In this document: piece after piece, positions 37,934 to 50,140 of the stretch
Position numbering within the stretch: position 1 is the stretch's first letter
Layout of the letters: each line of letters opens with the position of its first letter
Source of the DNA: Amphiscolops sp. MND2022
Lineage: Eukaryota
DNA: 64,000 nucleotides
NCBI GenBank assembly: GCA_964187785.1
Contig: OZ076421.1
Location: 27,838,001-27,902,000 of the forward strand
Direction: 5' to 3'
The notes under the pieces: model-generated
What the model was told of the DNA's origin: nothing
Databases searched by the model: none
Seen by the model: the letters and a program-made list of their open reading frames with translations, nothing else
Made by a program: the position numbers and the translations under genes

Positions 37934-40900
37934 CTATTCGTTTATTTCCAAAGCACACAATCTAATAGCTGGCAAAATAAGTTCTCCCCGTGGTGTCCGA
38001 ACTTTGTATTGTCTATACTGACTATCTTTAGAGAACTCGACTTCTTCACCATTAGATACAGGAGCTACGATCCGTCCCAAAGGCCAAAGACCTCGTGGTG
38101 TGAATTCCTGCAAAATCCATACAATTGAACCTGGTTGAAGAGGTTTGGATAAAGCTGTCCACTTTTGTCGGGGAATTAACGATGGATAAAACTCTTTTTG
38201 GAGACGATTCCAAAGGTAGTCAGCCAGTTGCTGAGCAAATTTCCATTTTTTAGAAATTGTTGCTGGAGATGGGTATGGCTGACTTAGAGGAACGTTGCTG
38301 TAGGCTCTTCCCAGCAAAAAGTGGTTTGGGGTCAAAGGCTCAACATCTCCAGAGTCGGATGAAACCGCAGTGAGAGGGCGATTATTCATGAAGTGTTCTA
38401 CTTCACAAAGAAGGGTGTTGAAGGTGTCGTCAGTTAAAGCGTTGTTGCCCAAGATGGCATAGAACGCGTCTTTACAGGAACGAATGAGACGTTCCCAGAC
38501 GCCTCCGAAATGAGGCGCCTGCGGAGGGTTGAAAATCCAGCGGATTTCTCGTTTTCCGAAAAATTCTTGCAAGGTTGGTTGACTGAAGATTTGGAGTAAT
38601 TCTTTTTCCGAGGCGGTGAAGTTGGTGCCGTTGTCAGAGATCAGCAAATGCGGTTGACCTCGGCGGGAAAAGAAGCGGCATAGAGCTTTCATGCACGCGT
38701 CTACGGACAAGTCGGTACACATTTCAAGGTGAACTGCGCGAGTGGTGAGGCAAGTCAAGATTAGACCATAGCGTTTATTGTAACTGTGGGAAGTAGTCTT
38801 CGATGCGAATGGTCCAAAAACGTCGAGTCCGGTTTGCTGAAACGGAAATGGTTGTTCGATTGGAAAACGATAAATCGGCAGGTCGGACATTTCAGGAAAC
38901 TCGGCGAACGCAGATTGACGGCGGCAATCGAAACAGCGGCGAATGATTTTCTTTATAACCGATGCGGAGGACAAGATCCAATACTCAAGCTGAAGTATAT
39001 GTTGTGTTTGCTTCAGGCGGGTATGACCATTGCTGCAATGGACGAAGTCGATGAACAATTGGATTATGCGATTGTGTCCATCTAAGATCATGGGGTGTTT
39101 CAAGCAGTAGTCAAATGGCGACTTACGTAAACGACCTTCGGCGCGAAGGCAATTGTCGGCGTCGAGGAAGGGCTTCAAGTTTCGTAGGCGGCTTTTAGGG
39201 GCGATAATTTTTTGCTGGACAAAGATAGAATTTCGTTATGGAAACTCTCCTTTTGCGAGGCTAGGAGAAGAAACATTTTTGCATCAGACATTTCATCAGC
39301 GGACGGAAACGGAACGGCGTGACGGGGCGAGAGTGACCGGAACGACGACGAGTGAAACTTGCTCAGCGACGGCGTCATGTTGCGACAGTTAGTAACGTTA
39401 TTAGGCGTTTGGGAGCGAAAGCGGAGGCTCCTAAATTTTTTGATAGCTCGAAGAACAAAGGCAGTGACACGAACTAGACGTTTCCATGAAGAGAAACGAC
39501 TGACTTCAAGAGTGTGGGAAGTGTCCTGTTGAACGATAGAGCTTGATGATGGTGAAGGAGTCAAATGGGCCTGCGAGCATGTGTTTTTAGAACATGTTGA
39601 AGCAATGCTAACGTGTTCCATTGCACATTGCGGTGTTGACACAGTGGCTACTACTGTGGCGTCTGTGCCAACTAAATCTTCGTCGGCTACTTCTGTGGCT
39701 GTAGATATTTCTGCTGCTTCGTCTTCGTCTTCTGCTTCTTCGGCATCTTCTGCTGTTAGGACAGCAGCGGCGTCGGAATTGTGTGTGGCATCTTCTGCGT
39801 TACGGAGACCGTCGGTGTGTGGGGCTTGAACATTTGTGGCTACGTCTGCGGCTTTGTCTTTGGTGGCTCCGTGTGCGACTTCTTCTTCTGTGGCTACGTC
39901 TGTGGCATCGTCGTTGGCTACGTCTGTGGCATCTTCGTTGGCTACGGCTGTGGCATCATCCTTGGCTACGTCTGTGGCATCGTCCTTGGCCACGTCTGTG
40001 GCATCGTCCTTGGCTACGTCTGAGGCATCGTCCTTGGCTACGTCTGTGGCATCATCCTTGGCTACATCTGTGGCATGGTCCTTGGCTACGTCTGTGGCAT
40101 CATCTTTGGCTACATCTGTGGCGTCGTCGTTGGCGTGAAAACAATTCTTCTGTGAGGTTCTTCGGGTACACCTCATCGTTGTCAATTGCGTGTGGACGGG
40201 ATTTGATGGCCATTGCGAAACTGGTTGTTTCAAGAACTCAGGTCCTTGGAACCAGCGAGTGTTACTATGAAAGTCGCGGAACGGAATTCCGCGTGTACCA
40301 TCATCGGCGGGATTCGTTTCTCCAGGACAATGATTCCATTGGTGTGATTGTGTATTGGTGAGTATTTCTGCTACCCTGTTGGCAACAAAAATTTGTTGAC
40401 GTTGATGGGATCCGTAAATCCACTGCAAGACAGTAGTGCTATCTGTCCAGAGATGGATAGAGTCGAAGGAGAGTCGCTGTTCGTGTTGAACAAAGTGTGC
40501 GAGGCGGGAGCCCAAAAGAGCTGCCTGCAGTTCGAGCTTTGTTATGGTATGTTGCTGCAAGGGGGCAACTCGGGCCTTACCAAGCGCGAAACAAACTTCG
40601 GGCGGTGACGACGGCGAACAACGGTAAACGAAATACGCGACGGCAGCGAGTGCGGAGTAGGAAGCGTCAGTGAACACATGGAGCGATATGGCGTACGGTT
40701 TATCACGGAAGTACTGTCGCGGAATTGTGACGGAAGACAGTTCCGGCAATTCAGCAACTGTGACGAAGAATTCTGGCAAGACGGACGGAGTTATTGGGTC
40801 GTCCCATTTCAAGCCTTTTCGCCAAATAGTCTGCTGAATTATGCGAAAACGAATTGTAACGGGAGCGGCGATTCCGAGAGGGTCGAACACGGAGGACGTG

Positions 40901-43900
40901 GCGCGCAAAAGGGTTCTCTGCGTAGGTTTCTGACTCAACTGGTTTTTCAGCTTATCAGGAGAGAATTGCAGTTCATCAGTGGATAGATTCCACTCGACTC
41001 CGAGAACCTTCTGCATTTTGGGAGCATGGTCGAGCTCTTCGGGTTGCAATGCGCGATGCTCGGAAGGAACTGCGGACAAGATTTCAAGACAGTTGGTGAT
41101 CCATTTTGTCAGATTGAACCCCCCGCGCGATAGGACGGTTCGGGAATCATGAATGATTTGAACGGCTTGCTGAACGGTGTCGGTGGAAACGAAAAGGTCA
41201 TCCATGTAGAAATGGTCACGAACGAGGCGTTGTATATGCGGATAGTCGGTTGAGTGGTCATCGGCGCAAGTTTGGAGAGCAAAATTAGCACATGTTGGAG
41301 AGCATTAGGCTCCGAACACGAATCGAAGGTATTCGAAGAATTGGGGATCGTTTTTGCCCCAAAGGAAGCGGAGGAATTTTCGATCATCCGGGCGTACGGA
41401 AACTTGCATATACATCGCTTCAATGTCGGCGGAAAGCGGGTACTTATTTTCGCGAAATCGGAGGATGATTCCAAGAAGGTTGGCTAGTAGGTCGGGACCA
41501 GTAAGAAGCATGTCATTCAGACACACTCCTTTATATTTGGCTCGAGCGTTAGAAACTCGTCGGAGTTTTCCAGGTTTATTCGGGTGAAGAACTCCGTGTT
41601 CTGGTAAGAGCCAACCAGTGGAGGGAATGTCATCGGCGGGAACGCGGCGAATGTATTCATTTTTGAGATCGTTCTCAATAGTTGCGGAATACAAGTCGAG
41701 AGTGATTGGGTCCCGATTGAGTCGTTGTTTCAATTTTTTGAATTGTTGAATGGCGGCGGCGAAATTGTTCGGAAGTTCGGCGTTCGGCTTCCAGAGCAAT
41801 CCTACTTCGTATCGGTTGTCCACGAAGCGAATGGTGTCTCTGAGTGTATTGAGAGCGTGTTTTTCTTCCTTTGACATGGTTACCTCAGGGTTAATCCCGA
41901 AGTTTTCCATTCTCCAGAAGGACGCGAGAAGATCGTATAAGTCGTCATCGTCGTGATGCCTGTCGGTGGAGGTGGGACAGTGGAAGGTTGTGGCATGGAA
42001 AGTTGATTGATGATAACGGCTGTCATGGGGACCGCCGATGGTCCAACCTATGTTAGTTAGAACTGCGCGCGGTGCGTTTGGAGGACCTTTGAAGACAGTT
42101 CGAGCAGTGATGAGATCGAAATTGTCCTGTCCTAAGATTAGTCCGATCTGCTTGCTTAGAAGCTGCGGAAAGTTTATGCTTTGAAGGTGGGGAATTTGTT
42201 GACAGATGTCATTGAGAAATGTGGTATCAACGTCGGCGAGGTTGAAGGACGGCAACACGAAAGCGTGGTTGATGGTGAAACTTTCAGCGATGTTACCGAA
42301 GGGATGAATTTTCACTGAAACTATATTTGCTTCCAGTGATTTAGACTCGTGAAACCCTCCAATGTCGAGCTTCACAGCAGGTCCAGTGATCTTGCATTGC
42401 AAATTGCTAGCAACGTTTGATAGTAGATAACTACATGTGCTTCCTGAATCGAGGAAAGCATATGTTGAGATGAAGGTATTTTCATTTTCTAATGTCACTG
42501 GTACCACCATCAAAAGGGCACCAACATTTGTAATGTCAGGTGGAGGTGGGCTTGTAGATGATTGGTTACCAGCAAACTGAGTGTTTTGGAGAGGCTTCTT
42601 GCTGTTGGCGAAAGATTTTGTTGTAGATTTGGAATTGCGGCTGTTGTCGTTGGACTGCTCACTATGTTGTCGGGGAGTTTGCAGTATGTTTTCGTCGTGT
42701 AGGGTTGTATGATGTTTGCGATTGCAAGAACGACAGTTGTGCTGAGACTTACAATCGTTTTTCAAGTGGTGTCCTAGACAATTCAGGCAAAGTTTGTTGT
42801 CTAACACCATTTGGCGTTTCTGTTGCAGGTTTGCGTTCTTGTAAATGGAGCAATGGGATGGATGATGATCAATTTTGTCGAAAGGACAAAGTTGTCGATT
42901 CTGTTTGTGTTGGGGAAATCGTGATGGAGTTTGGTCTTTTGTTGTGGAGTTAGTCGACGGGCGGTTATCTGGGCTATATGGAAGATTATCGCAAGCGAGT
43001 GCGAATTGTCGCATCCAAATGTTGAAATGGATGAGGCTCGGTTGTTGCAAGTTGTTAGTCACCGCATACTGTGACCATTGTAGTCGTTGAGTAGGCGGCA
43101 ACTTGTTCACAGCAAATTGAACGTACAGTGTCGAGTTCAGATCATTGTAGAAACCAAGTGATTGGAATGTTTCCACGAGGTTGTTAACGAAAGTTGAAAA
43201 CTCTGTAAATGTGTTGCGATGCTGTACTGAAGGCTGACGGAAGTTCTGTAGAAGGTGTAGAAACTTGTTGACATTTATCTCAGGTCTTCCGAATCGTCGT
43301 TGTTGTTCGGTAATAGCTGCGTCGTACATCTGGCTGTTACATGAGAACCCTGAAATAGCTTGATTTGCTACTCCAATGGTCAGAGTTTGAAGATGGGTCA
43401 TTTTCTCTGCTAACGAAATAGGTTGATCGTGGATTAGGGTTTTGAAAAGACCGTACCACAAGTTCCATTTCATGGGGTCTCCGTCAAACGGCTCAATTTT
43501 CAGTTTTGGTCGAGCGAGATGAGAGAGAGTGTTATGTGGCGGTTCTAGTGTTTTAGAAGGCTTTGGCTGCTGGGTGTCTGCTTGTGGTTGAACATCTGCG
43601 GAGGAAAGACGCGTATTGTTAGGCGGATCACTTTGAATGGAAGGTCCGATGTGATTATCTACCGCTAGCGTTTCTCCTGATGTAGTGACATTTATTGTGT
43701 CGGCTGGTTGTAGTAGGTCGACTTCGTTGCGGTTGTTGCATGTTTCGTCGGGTTGATTTGCAGTTGCAGATTTGACCAAACTGGAGAACTTTTCTGTCAA
43801 GTCGTCGTATTCATCCTGTATTTTGGTGAAATCGACGATGAGTTGGTCAGCTGTTGCAATCTCTGGTAGATGATCGAGTAAAAATAGCGTTGATTCTTCG

Positions 43901-44067
43901 ACATCAGCGAGAATTGTTTTCAATTCCGTTTTTATTGGTTCAATATTGAAGTTCGAATTTTCTTCATCGATGGCTCTATATATCCTGCTAAAGAGGCGAG
44001 TGGCTTTTGCGATATGAAAGTTACGCTGTGCAAGCGAAGTTTTTGGCTGGTTGACTTTGGAAGGCAT
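37934..44067 (-). pseudogene. BEL/Pao gag-pro-RT-RNaseH-integrase polyprotein with one nonsense codon and one frameshift
   Basis: Pao-type gag with three Cys/His knuckles, protease FLDSGST, RT FYMDD, RNase H VFTDAS...KLELQAA, integrase GLDVFGP/ISDNGTNF/GVWERL. In-frame TAA at 41307-41305 (FGA*CSP) and a -1 shift in the A-run at ~39208-39213. Confidence 0.93.
39891..40134 (-). repeat. Coding 24-bp tandem repeat x10 (DDATDVAK) between RNase H and integrase
   Basis: Plus-strand unit TGGCTACGTCTGTGGCATCGTCCT; ten consecutive units counted. Confidence 0.95.
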
Positions 44068-45351
44068 GGTGAGTCACAAAAGGAAATTGCAAGGGATCGC
44101 AACAAATTGGCTGGTCAATTGATGGAAGAGACAAGTTCTGTAGTGAATCTAGCTGGAGATTACTCTAACTTGAAACTTGCGGCAACAATGTGATCATCAA
44201 TGGCAGGTTGAAGTTGGTTTAACAAAAGGCAGCAGAAGAATCAAATTCTGAGGCGTATCTTTCGGTAGACAACCTTAATTTGATACTTTTGATACTGATT
44301 CGATAACCTAAACTTAACCCCAAAGAAAGCAAAGAAATTCCTATTTTTTGTGTTTGCAAATTGAGTTAGCCGTCGTAGACAGAAGGCCAGCCAGTTCCCA
44401 GAGAAAAGCGGGTTCGGATCTTTAGGGCGCCATGTAAGAAAACTACATAAGGCGCCGACTTATGCCGTTCCCGCCTTGCTATATCAAGTCGTTTGATGTG
44501 AGTTGTTGCTTCACCGGTCGATAAGTATTTTTTTGCTTCGAGACTATTGGTAGCTGTAAGCCATGTATATCATGAAAGAATGTTAAAGCCAGACTCAATA
44601 TATTTTTCTCACAAGAATTAGTCAAGAAAAATACGTTATCTTCAAGTGTCTTGAAAGCATCCTGTTTTTTAAAAAAAAACTCGCTTTTTCAACGAATGCA
44701 ATCGTTTTGTTCCCGGATAGGTGCTGAAATTAGAAAAACGTTTTCTTTTGATTTTCAAAATTGTATATGTTGAGGTCGATGTTACGGTTGTAAATAAATA
44801 CTCGACTCTTTATTAGTTCTTGAAAAACTACGAACATTTGGGTCATTTTTAGCGAAAAACTGTTCGTTTTCGGCTGCTTTTTGCAAAAGGCCGTGAGGTG
44901 TCAGAGTTGATAAATCGCAAACGCTTTTTGAAAATTAAACTCAACACTGACCTGTGCAAACTTGAGCTGCGAAAAACTCTCACAAAAAGTTTATCATTCT
45001 GAATAGCATCCGCGATGAGATTAGAAACTATTCCATAGAACAATCGCAGAAAAAAATGCTTGAGATCACAAACGCTTTCTGTTTTAGATAACTTTTTAAT
45101 TGAACAAATTCAGTTTCTTCCCCATAAATTTTGACTCCAAAAAATGTACTGAAAACCTCCGAATACCGAGTTGTCTTTCCTTTTGTTTTTTTTCTTCTAA
45201 TTCCCGGTCACTGAGACAACGGATATGAAAAGAAGATTTGTTTTCACTTTTTCTTCGAAATGTCTTCATGTGAGGTTAGTAAGCGTTTTAATTTTTGCCC
45301 CGGATTTGTTTACAAATGTGTGTTTATTGCATTTTCATTGGTGTTGTAGTT

Positions 45352-48300
45352 TCACTCGTCTTCTCGTTCTTCGCCGTTCTTGATGATCTTCACGAAAGCC
45401 TCATAGTCGAGTCCATCTTCGTAGAGACACGAGTCGGCTCCCTTGAACATGTCTTCTACCTCGTCTTTGGTGAATCGGTCACCCATTGACACTAGAAGTC
45501 GTCGAAGTCTGCAAAAAACATTTCGATCACGTTTTCTTTCAATTTTTGGTCGGCGCTTCTTCAAAACGAGATTAATGTAGTGTCTTTACGTGTTTTTTAA
45601 TCCGGTCGAATTGGCCATTAAAGTTCTACAAGTTGCCAAATTAATTGAAAGGGTCCTCCGTTTCGTATTTTGACATAATTATTTGCACTTGCAAGGAATT
45701 TGGGGGTTATTTTCGGCACTGCGCTAACTTTTTTCGACAAATTTCTAATTTCCCGCAAAATTCCCCCTTTTGTTGAATCTTTTTAGTTAGAAAAAAACAG
45801 TTCAAACCCAAAAAAGTTCCCGGCATTGCGATTGTTTGACATATTGAAATATTGAAATACTTTCGCGCTTTTTGAGCCTTGAACGGGGCGCCGACTTATG
45901 CCGTTCCAAATTTGTTTAGTACATTCTTACTGATTCTTACTTAAATCTCACTCTAATTCTGATTTTCAAAATTCATGGATGGTTGCTGGGTCTTGAATAA
46001 ATGAAGAATAACTCATATAATTCAAAATAAATTTTATGGTTCAGCGGTTGGTTGATTCTGCTTTTTAGGTTTCGGCGCATTTCAACCGGCAAAGTTCATA
46101 AGGTCATCAATATTTTTTGGTATCTCGGTTGCAATTCATCACCCGATCTAGATTTTCAGCAATGGCATTCACGCATACGTAACAATGAAATTAATCAATG
46201 TTTTTTCTACTTCAGTCCTTTGGGCGATGTTGGTGGATTTGGTTCCAAGAGAAACTAGTTTAATTAATACGTTAAATTTAAAATTTTGTAAAATTTTCCA
46301 TGCAGGATCTAGGAATTTTCTACAATTTATCAAAATGATCCATGCATGCATGCGCATGTGAAATTTTTTCTGCAATTTTGACTAGGGCATTGCAGCGTTT
46401 TAATCTTACGTTAATTCAAAGACGACTCAAAAATTCAAAAAACGGAGCTTCTGTAAGCTGTTTTGAGCTTTCCGGACTTTTGGTTTCCAGGCCTGGCCAG
46501 GGATGGTCCATCCCTGGCCAGGGATAAAAGTGGCGATTGCCATCCCTGGTCCATCCATGGACCAGGCCTGGCCAGGGATGGAACTGCCATGGACCATCCA
46601 TGGCCATGGATGGAATGCCATGGAGTCTCAGTACGGGTACCTATTCGGGAAATCAGGAAGAAAATATTTCCTCAAGTAGATCAGTAGTGGGATGTTTACT
46701 ACTTAACTCCATCAAAAATAACTCGAGTACTCACAGTGGAAATTTTCCTAATCGTAAAACATTTGATGAAGGCATCTAATTTTTTTTAAAAAAATCAAAA
46801 CGAATTAGCATTGAATTCAAGTTCTGCATAGGTGATTCAGACTCCTCACTTGTCTTCAGGGATCCTCCCGGTGCCCTCTTCGTCGATGAGTTTGAAGGCG
46901 TTTCTGATGGAGTCCTCTGGGTCGGTGCCCGATAGCCTCTCCCCAAACAGGGTGAGGAACATGGTGAAGTTGATGGGGCCGTTCGCTTCCTTGGCCATGG
47001 TAGCCACATCCGCGGAGCTGACGTTCTTGCCCAGAGATTGCCACGTCGCCGAGATGTCAGCCTCGCTGATCACTTGGTCTTTGTCTACGTCAATGATGCC
47101 AAACGCCTGCATCACAAAAGAAACACATTACTCCAAGTACGTATATCTAAATGGGCAGAATCAGTAGGAAGATGAGAAGACGGAAACGTCTAAATGCATC
47201 TCAAGAAACACAAAGTCTTTGAAAATAGGCCCCTCCGGGGCTCAGTACTATTTCTGCTTTAATCTTTATTTTTTTAAAACAAAAAATCATCAATAAAAGA
47301 ATCATATCTGGAATACCAATACACTCCTGTTTAATCATTACTTAGAGCACAATTAATCACTGTACAAGTTTACACCGCCTTTAATTCTTCTCGGACTAAA
47401 GAAAATATAACTAAGCGTAGACGAAGTTTCGCATTCGCATTTGAATGCAGGCGAAGCTCTCAACGAACGAATAATTAACACTCATTCGCTTCATCTCAAT
47501 GACGTCAGCATACGAATGGATAATTACCACTCGCTCGTTCTATCGCACTAGAATTGAATTGTTGTCGGCAGCTTTCCCACGCTTACACTCACTGCCGAAC
47601 AAAATATCTGAATTATTCAGTAGGACGAAATTTGACGACTGAAAAAAAAAAAGGACCAACTTTGAGGTTACAATAACATTCCTGCTAAAGCAGAAATATT
47701 AAAAAAGGCTTAGAGAACGTTTCAATGAAAAAGCAAATAACTCCTCATTTCGAAAAAAAATGAAAGGGGGACACTTTTGGCTACACAATTTTAGTTGACT
47801 ACAGTATGCTAAAAGACATTCATGCAACAAGAGAGACTACAGACTGAAACATATATTTCCTTTAACTAAAAATAGTTAAATTATTAAGGAGGTCTTGCTT
47901 TAACTGAAAATCGTAAACCAGTCTATGTTCATCCTGTTTATTATAGACATGTACGATCAAATTATCATTAGCCTGAAATCATACAGTGTCAGCAATGTTT
48001 CAAAACTTGCTATGGCCACTTTGACCCAATCTTGATACCAGTGGGATAAAATGGGCATAAACAAAAACTGAAAAAAAAAACGAAAAATCTGCGCAGATTT
48101 TTTTTGGTTTTTTGGTCCCGTTTTCTTGATTTTGGAGATGTGTCAATATTCCGTGAAAAGGCTTGCAATGCTATGTAATACCGTCTGAAAATCTTATTCA
48201 AGAGTTTTCTTTACCATAAAGTCAGCTGGTTCGTTCAGAAATTCGCAGAAACGGACTGGGATATATACGTCCCAATGGTCCATTTAGGGTTAAAGAAAAC

Positions 48301-50140
48301 TGGATTTCGAGTCTTACGGGTGATTTCTTTGGTTGAAAGTGACATCGGTGGGAATGACGAGAGTTTTCTCAATAATTGTGAAAGATATCTCTGGCTCTGT
48401 GCGACTTTTTTCTGTACACTAAAGGTTCGCTGCTTTGTTTTTCTGATATTTTCAGTTTATAAATCGCGTTTTTAGAGCTAAACGGTCAGGCTCTTTTCGA
48501 ACCAAAACTTTCCGGAAAAATCACAATATCGACTTTGTTATATTTTCAGTTAAAAAAGACTTTTCTTCACCCTGAAAGGTCTCCCGTGGAAATTTCATAT
48601 TTTCTGTGGTAACAGTATACGAAAAATATCACAGTGTGCATCTTGTTTTGTTTTCTTTTTAAAGCAAGGAAATAGCTTTTTCTATGACCAAAGGGTCCGC
48701 CTTTTGTTTTTTTGGCGTTTTTTCGTGTGACTTCGAAATTGTTAAATCCAGACTAAGGGTTCGCGTTTTGGCAATATTGATGTTTTCAGTTAAAACAAAT
48801 CTTTTTAAGCCCAAAGATTCTTCTTTTGAACATTTTAGCGCTGTGAGGTTTTTGAGAATATTTGAAGTGTTTTGCCCTCTTTGAGCCTTGAACGGTACGC
48901 CGACTTGTTTTTTCAATAGCCTAAATTTGATCCTTTCACAAGGATCATAGATCTTGAAGCGTTCATCCTGAATCACTAAAAAATCTACAAACGGAAGTGT
49001 GCTCAGATCATCTAAGTGATTGATTTTTGTGTCAAAACATGAGTTTGACCTTTCGTGACCTTACCTCTTTGAACTCTTGAATCTGCTTCTGGTCGAACAT
49101 GGCGAACACGTTGGATGAAGCTCTCTCCACCTTCTTCTTCTGTCCTTTAGCCTTGGAAGCCTGAACAAAAAAAACACGTGACACAACAAGAAAAACATGT
49201 TTTTTTTTCTAAAAATACAAAACACCATTGAGCAACTGCCTCATTTCTTCGCTTCAACATCGCATTTTAACCTCGTAGATAATCTTAGGAACTTTTTCCT
49301 AACTACACCCCACACGCGATGTGGAGCGTGTGGATTTTTTTGTGGAAAAAGTAGCATAAAGAGTAGCTTATTACATGCAATGAATTCATCAAGAGAGAAT
49401 CGAGTTATTTAGGAACTGTTAAAGAGTAATTTTCGAGAAACTATTTATTTTATCAAATTTATTTTTTCAACGTGTCTGGAAAGTGAAAAAATACTAATCG
49501 TCATTCTGAGTATAATCGTAAAAAAGCTTCATGATCGAACTGTTTTGAAAGACATTCGAAAAGTCGTGGGTTATAATTATACATAAACTGATTTTCACAT
49601 GCAGCTCAATTCAACTGATATCCATTTTTTTCAAGTTATAAGAATTTTTGGTTGCTGCATCTCTACTCTGGATTGCTACCGTCCGAATTCGAAAACTTCC
49701 CAGAACTTCTTGTTTCAAATGAGGAAAGACTGAAAAGGAAATAGTTATTTTTAACAAAAACTGTCATATACATGAGCAGGGGGCTTCATTTATATTCAAC
49801 AGTTTTTGTGACTTCAGCCAACAGCTTGCAATACAAAAATTTGCAAATAAAAAGCGATAAGTTGAGCACAAAATGGAGTACAAAGGTGGTATGCTCAAGT
49901 ACTATTTTCAACGAAAATGAACAAACCCTTGAAAATACTTTTCAAATTACTGCTAAATTCGATTTAAAAAACTATTATTGTTCATTAAAGCTGGTTTTAA
50001 GTGCTTAAAGTTTTAGTGAAAGGCTTCATTTCTCAATAGCCTAAGTAAACATGTTTTTTGGATGTATTGGCATTTATTTTGGAGCTTTTCGATAACACAT
50101 TTTCAAGGAAAAATCTTTAAAAAAGTTTTGGTCTTACCAT
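45352..50140 (-). CDS. Myosin regulatory light chain (EF-hand), 170 aa; exons 50140-50138 (ATG only), 49160-49065, 47106-46850, 45508-45352
   Basis: [43 protein letters not shown]...GPINFTMFLTLFGERLSGTDPED...MGDRFTKDEV. All junctions are GT-AG with consistent phases (513 nt). The ATG-only first exon (CGAAATG|GTAAG) is the least certain part. Confidence 0.93.
46492..46622. repeat. GC-rich cluster of three adjacent perfect inverted repeats in RLC intron 3
   Basis: 15-bp arms with 1-nt loop (46492-46522); 10-bp arms with 2-nt loop (46545-46566); 20-bp palindrome CCATCCATGGCCATGGATGG (46594-46613). Confidence 0.9.

Larger units (their letters stand above)
37505..44447 (-). mobile_element. BEL/Pao LTR retrotransposon 1 (6943 bp), 5-bp TSD TAAGG
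   Basis: TAAGG at 37500-37504 and 44448-44452. 3' LTR 37505-37762 (258 bp, TGTAAG...CTACA) with PPT-like GAGGCCGGG (37771-37763). PBS-like TGGCGCCC (44432-44425, matching a tRNA-Lys-type 3' end over 8 nt). The 5' LTR is reduced to 15 bp (44433-44447). Confidence 0.93.

Noticed and set aside
39891-40134. 24-bp direct repeats (and the 36-bp repeats at 25927-26322) as CRISPR arrays
   Set aside because: Units abut with no unique spacers, lie in frame within TE proteins, and the context is eukaryotic with no cas genes.
39581-40361. Plus-strand ORFs such as 39783-40361 (WLRLWHR repeats), 39836-40138 and minus-strand 25917-26330
   Set aside because: Shadow frames of coding tandem repeats on the opposite strand.
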